A DNA stretch of 64,000 nucleotides from contig CAVRVY010000004.1 of assembly GCA_963724765.1 (NCBI GenBank), positions 256,001 through 320,000 of the forward strand, read 5' to 3'. Below are positions 43,059 to 53,548 of this stretch, piece by piece. Below the pieces are notes generated by a model. It did no database searches and was not told where the DNA came from. It was given only the letters and a program-made list of their open reading frames with translations. Every line of letters begins with the position of its first letter. Position 1 is the stretch's first letter. This DNA comes from an uncultured delta proteobacterium. GTDB lineage: Bacteria > Desulfobacterota > Binatia > Binatales > Binataceae. A program made the position numbers and the translations under genes.

Positions 43059-43656
43059 TCAGTCTCCTCCTGGAGATGGCAACGTTCATGTCAACCCGCT
43101 TATGCACGGCAAGATATAAGGTTTAAGACGATACGGGGCGGCTTAAATTCAGGCGACGCGCCGCGAGCCAGTTTCCCGGCGGCAACGCCGCTTGCGTGCC
43201 GCTCGAACCGGCCGATTCATTTCGACTAATTAGTAAATCAGAAAAGCATCGCCAAGCAAAACCCCGCGCCGCCTTCGCTTCGTCGCACCGGTGCTCCGCG
43301 ATGCACCGCCAAGGGCCGGAGCAGCGCTTGGGCAAGACTGGTGAAAGAATGGAGCAAGCTTCGGACAAGACCGGAACAATACCTAAGGCAATGGACGGAC
43401 TAAGGGACGACTAAAAGGAAGGACCAAAAGGATGGACTGGGGCCTGACTCTGTCAGCGCGCCACAGAGACCATCACTCATTCCCGTCCCGGCCCAGACCA
43501 CCCGGCCCTATGTACGATCGCAGGACAACCATGCGTGGGACCAGCCCGCTCTGCTTGCGCGGGGCGAGTCCCGCTCCACGCCCTTCCTTGTCGCGAGGTC
43601 GATTGGTGCGGGGTGGATTGCGCGCGCGTCGGCCGCCGCCATACGATATTGATGTG

Positions 43657-44199
43657 ATGAGCGTGGTTTGTATCGGCGGACTTTTCGGCGCGGGGCTCCT
43701 CACCTGGACCTTCCTGGAGTACGCGATTCACGGCTGGATGGGCCATCGGTTCGCGACTTTCGTGACCCCGCTCCACCACGTCCATCATCGCGATCCCCGC
43801 GCGGCTTTCGCGCTCGGCGCATGGCTGCCGGCCCTGCTCCCCTTACTTATCGGCGCCGCCCACGGAACGCACGGATGGACGATCTTCTACGGCGGCATCC
43901 TGGCCGGGTTCGCGATCTACGAGTTATTGCACTACCGGATCCACTTCAGCGCGCCGCTCTGCCGCGCGGAGGCCCGGATGCGCACGCGTCACTTAATCCA
44001 TCACTATTGCGCGCCGGCGCTGTGTTTCGGAGTCACCACGGCAATGTGGGACCGGGTCTTCGGAACCAGTGCGAGCGGCGCCAACGCTGCTCTGCTGGCG
44101 GCCCGCGTCGCCACGATAGCACCCCTTGAGGGCCCGTCGAACGTCGCCGCGCCGGGTGCCGTGATGCGCCGGCTGATAGCCACAATCGCGATTCGCTAA
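43657..44199 (+). CDS. Fatty acid hydroxylase/sterol desaturase family membrane protein
   Basis: EY.IH...H, HHVHH, YE..H...H, HLIHH, FGVT...WD.VFGT His-boxes. Confidence 0.85.
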   Translation: MSVVCIGGLFGAGLLTWTFLEYAIHGWMGHRFATFVTPLHHVHHRDPRAAFALGAWLPALLPLLIGAAHGTHGWTIFYGGILAGFAIYELLHYRIHFSAPLCRAEARMRTRHLIHHYCAPALCFGVTTAMWDRVFGTSASGANAALLAARVATIAPLEGPSNVAAPGAVMRRLIATIAIR

Positions 44200-44678
44200 T
44201 CCGTCCGAGCCGCGGGCGCGCCCCGGCGGCCCGGACGGCGCGTGAGCGGTGGTTCGAGCGGCAATATATTGTCACTTCCCTGGTCTGTTTGGAGCCAGTT
44301 TCTCGTCACTAGCTAATCCCGCGCCGTCTGCGCCGCGCAAATCCGCTCTTATTTCTACCTAATTTCCGGGCACGCTATGTGCTCCGGCGCAATGGGTCGC
44401 GCTAGAAGCGCGGGCGCGCGACACGTTGCGCGGACGATCCGCTCGAAGTCTTAACGCAAGGACGAGGGCACGCTGCTCAAGGCTCAGGTGGCCACGCGAT
44501 TCGTCCATAGCGCGGCGGCGTGAATTCGCCGGGGGGGGGTTGGTGGGGGAGTTCCGCCTAATCGCTTAAGCGCTTAGGCGCACGATTTCAATAGTCAGTC
44601 GGCGCCGGTGTACTACCGCGAGCGATTACTCGTCGCGCGGATCGCGCCGAACACGACGACAACGAGCAGGGAGTATCT

Positions 44679-46789
44679 ATGCGACGAGTCTTAGGCTTGG
44701 TCCCGGGTCCGATTCTGGTCGACGAAAGCGGACGTCACACGCGAGATATGCGGGCGCGCGCAACCCAGGCTCACGCGCTCCGGGCATACGCGCTCCGGGC
44801 ATACGCAAAGACGTGCCTGGCGAGCGCGGCGATGCTGATGACGGTTGGGCTCGGATGGGCGGTGGCCGCGCGCGCCCAGGCCAACATAACGCTCAGCAAC
44901 ACCGGCCTGACCGGCGCGATCGCCACCAATACGAACTGGTCGATTGCCAAAAGCGGGGGCGTCGCCAGCGGCACGGCGAGCTGGACGGTTGGGGTGACGA
45001 AGGTCTCCGTGAGCGATCAGATAATCGAGGTCGACGGCCAGGTCCGGATAAACAATACCGGCACGGGACCGGCCCCGCTCGGCAACATTATCGTCAATCT
45101 GCAGCGCCCCTGCGGTGCGGTATGGGTTTCGGCGGCGGCAGGCGTAGCCGACGCGACCTTCGGCCAGGCGGCAACTTACGGCAACTTTATCTCCACTGCG
45201 ACTTACGAGAACGCCACGCGCAACAGCCCGAGCTCGGCCTGCCGCGGACCGGGTAACTATGTGGTCACTACCACCGTCGACGGGCACGCAGTCAAGGAAG
45301 GCACGTTTTTCAGTACCGGCGCCTCGGGCAAGGTCGACTTCGTTAACGCGGCCGACAACTCGGTCTTCTCGATGGTGCCCGAAGTCCAACTGGCTGCCGG
45401 GGCATCGATCAGGCTCTTCTACACTGCGACCTTCGACAACACCATCCTGGGAATCGCGCCGGGAACCGAGCTGCGACCCGAGGTCATCGTCAGCGTGGCC
45501 GCCGCTCAGCAAACCGCCTTGAACGTGTCACGGCTCGTCGACGTCGACGACCAGGACGGGCCGGCCGGCGGAGACGACGCCGGATGGTCACAAAGCGCCG
45601 CGATACGGCAGTCGTTTAAGCCCAAACCAGCGCAGTGCAACCAGACCATCACGTTGAGCGACGCACGAAACAATAGCAATCCGGCGCTGACCGGAACCGC
45701 CACGATGACCAGCTTCACCAGCTTCAACGATACCGGGACGCTGACGATCGACGGCTCGTCGATGAGCGACGGGCAGACCAACACGCAGGACGTAAGCGCC
45801 GCGGTCAACGGCGGCGTCAGCGGCGGCACCATCACCAACTGCGCCGGCATCACCGGCCCCAACACGACCATCAAGCTTGTCGTGGGCAACTTCAGCAAGG
45901 TCTTCAGCGTATGCACCGGAGTAAACGATACCGCTTGCGATGAAGAGGACGTGCCCAGCAATGCGGGCCCGGCCACGCCTACTCCGGCACCGTCCCCGGT
46001 CGTGACGCCCACACCGGTTGTCACGCCCACTCCAGTCGTAACGCCCACTCCGGTTGTCACGCCCAGTCCAATCGTCACGCCCACTCCGGTCGTGACACCG
46101 ACGCCGACCGCCACGCCTACTGCTGTGGTACCGCCGTACAGCAAGAATGAGTTCTGCACCTACAGCGAGGCGCATTGGTCGCATACCTGCGGCGAATGCG
46201 ACGGCGGACGCTACGGCGGCGAAGAGCATAGCGCTGCGCAGAGCCTCAAGCACGGAGAGGATGATGACTGCGTCGGGGAGGGCAGTCAGGCCCATAACCT
46301 CTTGACCGAGAACTTCGACACCGTGTACGGCGCCAGCGGTGGCGTGCATGTAGGCCTCAGCTGCGCCAGCGATCAGTTCGGGATGACCTTCACCTCGGCG
46401 GCCGCGATCCAGAACTACTTGCCCGCGGGCGGACCGGCCGAAGTGCTCAACGCGTGTCTCGTCAACCCGTCAAGCTCGCACTCGGGCAATCTCGGCGGCG
46501 AAGTCCTGGCGCTGGAACTCAACGTCGACTTCAGCGCGGCCGGTATCACAGAGGGTACGGGTGGTCCGTTCGGTAACCTGAATCTGTGCGGCAGCGGCAC
46601 CTCGTTCGACGGCATGTCGATCGCGGAGATTCTCGCGGCCGCCAACAAGGCGCTGGGCAACGGCGGGATGCCCGCAGAGCTCGATCCAGACTCTCTGGCG
46701 ACCTGCTCCATCAGCTCAACAACTCGTTTGACGAATGCTATCCGCACGGTTTCGCCCAGAAGTACCTGACCGGCGGAGCTTGTCCGTAA
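44679..46789 (+). CDS. Secreted Cys-containing surface protein with VVTPTP linker; apparent 1-nt frameshift near 46707
   Basis: Signal peptide, PT repeats at 45975-46120; annotated frame stops at 46769, but the shifted frame reads GDLLHQLNNSFDEC...ACP* to 46789. Confidence 0.65.
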
Positions 46790-46828
46790 AGCTGAGCCTG
46801 TCTGTAAAGCGATTTGTCCGCGACGAAC

Positions 46829-46862
46829 GAAAGGGCCGGCCCCTGTGGGCCGGCCCTTTTTC
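46829..46862. terminator. Bidirectional intrinsic terminator
   Basis: gaaagggccggccc-ctgt-gggccggccctttttc between convergent genes. Confidence 0.85.
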
Positions 46863-46904
46863 ATTGCCTCGTTGTGAACCGAATCCGCCGTCAGCGATCG
46901 GCGC

Positions 46905-48941
46905 TCAGCTGACCGCCGCGGCGGCTGACGATGACTGGCACAGCAGCGTCCGCGCGCAATAGGCAGCGGTTATCCGCCACACGGTTAGCGAAAATTGCTT
47001 GCGCAGCCGCTTGCCCGAAGCATCGATCACTCGAATCGTCGGATGCCAGGTGCCCTCCCTGGTTGCGACTCCCATGATAGCGCCGGCGGCCTGGTCGATC
47101 GAAAGGCCTGGCGGCAGGTAACCCAGGATCACGGCGATCGTATAGGGCGCGCGGCCACCGCTGATATCCAGCGAAGTATCGTAGATAACCGTGGTATGTG
47201 CGCTGGGTAAAATCGCACTGGCGCCAATCTTCAGCGGCGATGGCGCCGGGGTCGGCGTCGATGTAGGGGCCGCAGTGGGCGTCGCGGTCGGCTTGGGTGT
47301 AGGCGTCGCCGCAGGAGTGAGTGTAGCGGTCGGCATCGGTGTCGCGGCCGACGCGCCAGGGGTTATCGAGCCCCACCACGTACCCCACATATTGCTTTGA
47401 CCGGCGTACTCCTGGATGGTCCACATCGAGGTGTCGTCGACCGGATCGACCACGGTCGCGGTGAAGTCGCCCCATCGGTTCTCGCCGGTGCCGAAGTCCT
47501 TGAAGTAGGACGCCTCACCCGCCTTCAGGATCACTTCGCTTCCCATCGTGTTCGGAGGGTCGCTCGCCAGGTGTATCGAGTAGGCCGCGCTCGCATATAT
47601 CCCGGTCCCGAAATGTGTATAGCCGAGCATCATGTCGCCGTACTGGTTAACGGCCAGCGACGGGTAGGCGTAAAAGTTGGCGGCGCTGGGATCGTCGATG
47701 CGTCCGAACTGCTGCACCTGGCCAAACGCCGAGGCGCTCATATTGATCTGCCACCATTGCGCGGCAGTGCGAGTCGGAGTTCCAGTCGCGGGAAGGTAGA
47801 CGGTATGCGAGGCCCAGAGAGAGCCATTGCGATACACGCAGCTCTGGATCCGCCCGTCCTCGGTCTGGATGTTCTCGCTGGAGCCGAGTTGCGGAGCGAA
47901 ATTAGCGACCGGCGAGAACGCCTGCCAGGCCGACGGCCCGGTCGGATAGGCTACGCCGCTCGTCAGCACTTCGGACCCGACCGGGCCCGTTATGGTGTCG
48001 ACCCGGAGCTCGCCGGCACCCGAGCTGCTCTGCTCCAGCAGGTACATGGTCGAAAGATTGGGATCCAACGTAGTGGCCGGGACCTGAGTATAGCCACTGG
48101 TCGGTGTGAGCACGGTATATTTGCCCGTGCCGCCGGCGTACAGGTCTGCCTTGTCAAAAGCCCAAATCATCGAGTTGACGAAATTGTTGCCGGCGACGGT
48201 GAAGATGTTGGCCTGCACGACGATCCAGTTCTTATTGAATCCGAGGGTCGGATAATCGACCCAATTGACTGACGAACCAAGGTTTATCTTGTAGATATTC
48301 CAGCCGGCGGTGGGATCGCTGGTTTGCGAGACACCGATCAGGATGGCCGCGTTCGAGGACATCTCTCCGGCGGCGGATGAGAAGATCCAGCGTTGGGCAT
48401 ACGGATCGTAAAGGATATGCGCGTCGAATGACTCGGTCACGCCCAGAGCCGACCAGAAGGTCCAGTTGGTGATTGCGCTCAGAACGTTGCCCGACCTGTC
48501 CTGGATCACGACCTGGCTGTTGAGCGCTTCCATCAGATGATGGGGCCCGACCGCTCCCTCGGAGTCGGGCGGAATCACCGTGCCGTTGTCAGCCACCGCC
48601 AAGAAGCTGTTGACGGGCGGGAGCGATTGCACGGTCGAAACTGCGGGCGGCGGCGCTTCGCTCTCGGGCGCGGCAACCGCTTCCTCACTCTCTGTGGTGC
48701 TTTCGATTTGCGGTGCGAACGGGCGATGAATTTTACGATGCTCATTGAGCGGCATCGGACCAAGCGCCTCGTCACGAGCGACCCCCTTGAAGTTTATTGA
48801 GGCGCGCTGCGCCGCCTCGCCTGCCGTGCCGTTTACCTGGACCGGAGACGCCCCGGCGAGTGTTTGAACGGCGGCGACGCCTACAAGCGCGATAGCCGCC
48901 GAGAAAATAAATTGCCGAATTCGCCGCGTGGTCGATATCAC
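46905..48941 (-). CDS. Secreted protein (PPD..GAVGP / RWGD family) with PT linker and Ig-like (He_PIG-like) C-terminus; paralog of 54166-56583
   Basis: Signal peptide; PPDSEGAVGP, YDP...RW, DYP, RWGDF; GG..PY......LPPGL. Confidence 0.7.
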   Translation of the reverse strand: MISTTRRIRQFIFSAAIALVGVAAVQTLAGASPVQVNGTAGEAAQRASINFKGVARDEALGPMPLNEHRKIHRPFAPQIESTTESEEAVAAPESEAPPPAVSTVQSLPPVNSFLAVADNGTVIPPDSEGAVGPHHLMEALNSQVVIQDRSGNVLSAITNWTFWSALGVTESFDAHILYDPYAQRWIFSSAAGEMSSNAAILIGVSQTSDPTAGWNIYKINLGSSVNWVDYPTLGFNKNWIVVQANIFTVAGNNFVNSMIWAFDKADLYAGGTGKYTVLTPTSGYTQVPATTLDPNLSTMYLLEQSSSGAGELRVDTITGPVGSEVLTSGVAYPTGPSAWQAFSPVANFAPQLGSSENIQTEDGRIQSCVYRNGSLWASHTVYLPATGTPTRTAAQWWQINMSASAFGQVQQFGRIDDPSAANFYAYPSLAVNQYGDMMLGYTHFGTGIYASAAYSIHLASDPPNTMGSEVILKAGEASYFKDFGTGENRWGDFTATVVDPVDDTSMWTIQEYAGQSNMWGTWWGSITPGASAATPMPTATLTPAATPTPKPTATPTAAPTSTPTPAPSPLKIGASAILPSAHTTVIYDTSLDISGGRAPYTIAVILGYLPPGLSIDQAAGAIMGVATREGTWHPTIRVIDASGKRLRKQFSLTVWRITAAYCARTLLCQSSSAAAAVS

Positions 48942-49762
48942 CTTCGATAGCCTCCCAAGCGCGCCTTCGCTGGAGCGGGCTTGCTCGTTTCAAGGCTATG
49001 AAGCGCAATGATAGGACCACGCGAACCATTTTCATCTTCGACACACCATCACTGCTGGAATTAGAACAAGCCGGAGCACACGGCGAGACATCGAAGCGCA
49101 TAAAAGCGCTCATGCTTCGATTCGAATCAGAATGTCTGAACGAATACGGATTTATCGCACGACGGTCTTCGCCTCACGATGGCTCAGACAAGACCACCGA
49201 TCGCTGCCGCCCGATCCATCCAAACTGTGTCGGGTCCGAGACACGAATCGTTTGTGCGGTACCCAGCTCCACTGAAATCCGAGTGACTACTTGGATGAGA
49301 CTTGTGCTGCCCGGATACGAAACAGGATGCTTAAAGCTTATTCAGCCCGCCCCGGCTCGGGCCCGCCCTCGATGTAGATCGCGGGTAGATTTCGCCGCGC
49401 GAATCGACCGCGGCGGGGCCGTCGAGCCCGAGGCGCTCAGGCGTCGCCCCCCTGACCATTCCGCCGCCGCGCCCGCCGGCCGGCGCCGCCGACCGTCCGA
49501 CCATCCGTCGCTGCGCGGGGCTCTCCCTTGCGGCTCCTGCCCAGGGAGCGCCCAAAATCGCCGATCGCAAATCGCGCTAGGTCCCGTCCGTCAGCTAAGT
49601 TTCCCAGGATTTAAACAAGCCGCTTTCCATCCTCAACGCGCACAGCGACTCCCAGGATTTGATAGCCCCGTGAGCATCCGGACGTAGTTTCGCCCGACTG
49701 CACGCGCTTTCATTGCCTTGAGATACGGTCATAAGCATGTTAAAAGATAAGAATGATAGGTA

Positions 49763-49791
49763 TTGCGTTTTAAGAATACGTGTATCATGAT
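49763..49791 (+). promoter_or_regulatory. Possible sigma70-like promoter
   Basis: TTGCGT-17-CATGAT in an AT-rich patch, -35 lies 64 nt before ATG 49827. Confidence 0.4.
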
Positions 49792-49826
49792 TAAGATGCG
49801 GCTGGACGAATAGGAGTTCTTAATTT

Positions 49827-50039
49827 ATGCGTCAGATTGTGGAGCTGAGAACGAAAGATGGCGGCAAAGTCAGCATTGTCCTTGATCACTGGGGCTCCGG
49901 GTTGGACGATGCGATGCGCCGTTGGGTACTGGTAGATGGTTACTGGAGGTGCACTGACAACGGAGACCTCGCAGAGGAAGCTCGCTTGAGTGGCCTCAAG
50001 GTTTTTAATGCTTCGCCCCCTTTGCTTGGCTTGAGATGA
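49827..50039 (+). CDS. 70-aa hypothetical protein
   Basis: AGGGAG RBS; a degenerate paralog at 50924 supports coding origin. Confidence 0.6.
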   Translation: MRQIVELRTKDGGKVSIVLDHWGSGLDDAMRRWVLVDGYWRCTDNGDLAEEARLSGLKVFNASPPLLGLR

Positions 50040-50085
50040 GAGTTCAAGACGAGCAAATCGCCGGCCGCGGGCTGGGCTAGTGCGG

Positions 50086-50436
50086 TTATCTTTTGCGATG
50101 GCCTCCGGTCAAATTATAGTCCCCGGTCAATCTCAAGCCCGTCGCGGGCATCTCCGTTACGGCCTCGACGTCCAGGTTCGACACTTTGTATTCGTAGCTG
50201 ATGTTCGACACCTCGAGACTCTTCAGTCCGAGCAAGATCAGCAGTTCGTCCCAGAACCGAACCTGCGGGACATACTCCTTGGCCAGAACTACATCGCCGG
50301 TCCAATAGTTGATGGAACCAACTTTCCTGGTTTCGGACCACATCTGACCAGAGCCATTGTCCCGAACACCGAAGTCGCTGTCTGTGCCTGGGAGACCGTA
50401 AATCCGCACTGACCCTGGGATGATGTACTTCCGCAT
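50086..50436 (-). CDS. Hypothetical protein with phage-structural-like motif
   Basis: IPGSVRI...DNGSG...GSINYWTG; coding-like codon usage. Confidence 0.5.
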   Translation of the reverse strand: MRKYIIPGSVRIYGLPGTDSDFGVRDNGSGQMWSETRKVGSINYWTGDVVLAKEYVPQVRFWDELLILLGLKSLEVSNISYEYKVSNLDVEAVTEMPATGLRLTGDYNLTGGHRKR

Positions 50437-50659
50437 GATCGGCCGTCGTCTCTCAGTGAAGATTTAACGTTGAGCCAGGCTGTTGGCGTGCCGATCGCAT
50501 AGCTCCCGCTGCCGAAGCGACCTGCCCTGATTGTCGGTGTACCGCGCGATCATGGGAACCCCGACTCGCGGAATTGCCAGCGGTAGAGCATCCCAAGTAC
50601 TCGCAGGCGAGTAGTTGAATCTCCGGAGCCACGCCAGCGGATCCTAACGAAACGGCTAA

Positions 50660-50700
50660 ATCAAAAGAAAGGGCGGTTCCCAGCACAAGGACCCGCCCTC
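50660..50700 (-). terminator. Intrinsic terminator-like hairpin with no convincing upstream CDS
   Basis: Minus strand gagggcgggtcc...ggaaccgccctttcttttgattt. Confidence 0.55.
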
Positions 50701-50923
50701 CCGCGCGGCGTCGGAATCGTCGGTACCAGGCCCCGCTCGGCGGTGAAAATGGGGCACTGGCTGGCGACGCGGCGGCGAGAGTCGCGGATCTACGAGGTCA
50801 GCCAGACAGGATCTCTGAAGGTATTCAAAAAGTATCAAAGAAGAGATTGAGACGTTATTGCATCATAAAAGTGAATCTGTAATCATTAACATCGTAAAGA
50901 GTGGCCATAGGAACACACGGACC

Positions 50924-51060
50924 ATGACACGACTAGTCAAACTGCGTACGAGCGATGGAAACACAGTCTGTGTCGTTCTTGAGCGTTGGGGCTCCGGCTC
51001 GGATCACACTTCTACGTCGCTGGACATTGGCCGGAAGCCACTAGGAGTGCATGAACGATG
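50924..51060 (+). pseudogene. Degraded paralog of the 49827-50039 ORF
   Basis: MTRLVKLRTSDGNTVCVVLERWGSG aligns to MRQIVELRTKDGGKVSIVLDHWGSG; frameshift near 51010, then LRRWTLAGSH*ECMN with TAG at 51042 where the paralog has Trp. Confidence 0.7.
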
Positions 51061-51108
51061 TTCGCCGGATCTCCTGATTCGCTCTAACAGCAAATGAGGT
51101 CATTGGAG

Positions 51109-52629
51109 ATGAAGCTTCCTTACCGTCGGCAGTTCTCTGGCCAGATTCTCATACTGGCAGCCATATCCATGGTCCTTTTGCTCGGCTTCACCGCGCTGGC
51201 GGTGGATATGGGTTACCTCTACTCCACGCGGCGGCGCATGCAGACAGCGGCCGACGCGGCGGCCGTGGCGGGAGCTACCGCGCTTCGCGACGGAGAGGAT
51301 TACACCAAGGCCGCCGATGACGTTAGTTCATTCAACGGCTTCGTCAACTCACAGAACAATGTAGCGGTGACGGTTAGCGAACCAACGCTGCCGTCGCCGT
51401 ATCCGAGCGATGTGACCTACGTCGAGGTCGACATCTCGCAGAACGTACCGACATTTTTCCTGCGCGTGCTGGGCTACAATTCCATGAAGGTGGCCGCGCG
51501 GGCGGTGAGCGGCGCCGTAGCCGGACCGGCCTGCATATACACACTTGCCCCGAGCGGTTCCGACACCTTCAGCTTAACCGGCAATGCCAACGTCACCGCC
51601 CAGTGCGGCCTAATCGACAATTCGAGTTCCTCATCCGGGCTTTCACTTACCGGCAACATCACACTGAAGGCCACGTCGATCGGGGTGGTCGGGAGCAGCT
51701 TTTCCAAGTCCGGCAATGTCACCATCTCGCCGCAGCCGGTCGAGAATCTCGCAGCGCTATCTGACCCGCTCGCGGGACGCGCCGCGAGCGCAGCGCCCAG
51801 CGCCGGCACCTGCACTCAGCAGACCGGCGCCTCCGGAAGCGAAAGCTGGAGTGGCAATATCGGCACGCTCACGGTCCCTGCCGGAGTATACAAGGACGGC
51901 GTCAGCATCAGCGGCAACGTCACCGCGGTAACCTTCTCCGCCGGCAACTATGGAAACACTGTCGACTTCAACGGCAACGGCGGCAACCTGACTTTCAATC
52001 CTGGCCAGTACCAGAATGGTGGCAGTGGCAACAGCATCACGCTGAGTGGAAATACCGCGACCACCTTCAATGCCGGAACGTACACGTTCTGCGGCGCGGT
52101 CGATATCACCGGCAACAGTAGTGTCACCCTGCAGCCGGGCACGTATTTTGGTGGAATCAGCATAACCGGCAACGCCAACGTGACCTTCAGTCCCGGCACC
52201 TATATCCTGGCGGGCGGCGGACTGACGGTTACCGGCAACTCCGCCTTGAAGGGAACCGGGGTCACCTTCTACAACACGAGCGCGACCGGCTATGCATACG
52301 CGCCGATCGATTTGACCGGCAATGAAACCGCAAATCTGAGTGCTCCCACCTCGGGGACCTTCGAGGGCTTCCTCTTCTTCCAGGATCCGTCGATCCCGGT
52401 CGGCTCATCCGGCATCACCGTAGTTGGCAACTCGTCGTCGACTTTCGATGGCATCGTCTACTCGCCCACCACCGCGATCACATACGTCGGCAACTCCAGC
52501 GGCTCCGGCTATACGATTCTGATCGGATATACCATCTCGGTGACCGGCAACTCTTCGTTTACCATCGGTAACAACTATTCTTCGCTGGCCGACGGCGCAC
52601 CGATAAAGTCGAGCGCACTCTATGAATAG
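51109..52629 (+). CDS. TadG-like adhesin (cassette copy 2)
   Basis: Same Tad_N motif and beta-helix-like body as 11333-12862; alternative start at 51094. Confidence 0.8.
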   Translation: MKLPYRRQFSGQILILAAISMVLLLGFTALAVDMGYLYSTRRRMQTAADAAAVAGATALRDGEDYTKAADDVSSFNGFVNSQNNVAVTVSEPTLPSPYPSDVTYVEVDISQNVPTFFLRVLGYNSMKVAARAVSGAVAGPACIYTLAPSGSDTFSLTGNANVTAQCGLIDNSSSSSGLSLTGNITLKATSIGVVGSSFSKSGNVTISPQPVENLAALSDPLAGRAASAAPSAGTCTQQTGASGSESWSGNIGTLTVPAGVYKDGVSISGNVTAVTFSAGNYGNTVDFNGNGGNLTFNPGQYQNGGSGNSITLSGNTATTFNAGTYTFCGAVDITGNSSVTLQPGTYFGGISITGNANVTFSPGTYILAGGGLTVTGNSALKGTGVTFYNTSATGYAYAPIDLTGNETANLSAPTSGTFEGFLFFQDPSIPVGSSGITVVGNSSSTFDGIVYSPTTAITYVGNSSGSGYTILIGYTISVTGNSSFTIGNNYSSLADGAPIKSSALYE

Positions 52630-53107
52630 CCATCGCTCGAACGCCAAGACGCCTGTGCCGGGACGGCGGCGCTTTTGGGCCGCGCGTGGCCAGAGCTATG
52701 TCGAACTGGCTTTCGCGCTGCCTGTGCTCGCGCTCATTCTGGTGGTGGCAGCCGACTTCGGACGGCTCTTCTACGCCTATCTCGAGGTGATCAATGCCGC
52801 GCGGGCGGCGGCACAGTACGGATCGAATAGCGTCATCACCGCCGCCGACTCAACCGGGATGGTCGCGGCGGCCAAGCAGGACGGTATTAATGTTGCCAAT
52901 CTGACGGTCACCGCCAGCCAGTGCACGTGTGGAACCGCGACCGCATCCGTTCCCGCCTGTTCGTCGAATTACTGCACCAATGACCCGCAGGGGAACTATG
53001 TTGTGGTCAATACACAGGCTCTCTTCAACACCCTGGTAAAATACCCTGGGGTTCCTTCCTCGGTCACGCTGAAAAGCCAGGCCGTGATGCAGGTTCAACA
53101 ACAATGA
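52622..53107 (+). CDS. TadE-like pseudopilin (cassette copy 2)
   Basis: G/QSYVE prepilin motif; 6 aa differences from copy 1. Confidence 0.8.
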   Translation: MNSHRSNAKTPVPGRRRFWAARGQSYVELAFALPVLALILVVAADFGRLFYAYLEVINAARAAAQYGSNSVITAADSTGMVAAAKQDGINVANLTVTASQCTCGTATASVPACSSNYCTNDPQGNYVVVNTQALFNTLVKYPGVPSSVTLKSQAVMQVQQQ

Positions 53108-53538
53108 AGCGACCGTTCATCTCTGCGCTGGCGAAGCATTCTTCAGGCGCGACGGCGGTGGAGTTTGCGTTAGGCAGCACGATCTTTCTCCTGCTGACGT
53201 TCGCGACCATCGAGTTGGCGATGGTGGTGTATTCGTACAACACCATCAGCCATGCCGCCCGCGAATGCGTGCGCTATGCGATCGTACATTCGCCGACCGG
53301 CCCGAATCCCGCGACCACCTCGCAGATCAAGAGCATCACGGTTGCTTATGCTGATCTGCCGGCGCCAAACCAGCTATTACCCGGTGATGTCGCGGTAACC
53401 TGGCCGGCCGATCCCAATCTGCCCTCCTCCGACGATGCGCAATGCACCGTCTCCCTGAATTACAGTCTGCGAATACCTTTTCTGCCGTCCAAGACCCTGC
53501 CCCTGACCGCGACCGCGCGGATGCTCGTTTCCCAGTAG
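53104..53538 (+). CDS. TadE/TadF-like pseudopilin (cassette copy 2)
   Basis: G/ATAVEF prepilin motif; 7 aa differences from copy 1. Confidence 0.8.
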   Translation: MKRPFISALAKHSSGATAVEFALGSTIFLLLTFATIELAMVVYSYNTISHAARECVRYAIVHSPTGPNPATTSQIKSITVAYADLPAPNQLLPGDVAVTWPADPNLPSSDDAQCTVSLNYSLRIPFLPSKTLPLTATARMLVSQ

Positions 53539-53548
53539 GGGAGCAGGT

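Noticed and set aside
49380-49450. NHL-repeat-like fragment GLDGPAAVDSRGEIY on the minus strand
   Set aside because: Too short and without an intact ORF; may be a remnant but cannot be supported
48998-49687. 229-aa ORF as a real gene
   Set aside because: No family motifs, composition changes midway, and it lies over the upstream region of the divergent gene
50700-51108. c-di-GMP riboswitch upstream of the Tad genes
   Set aside because: No recognisable class I or class II consensus upstream of either cassette
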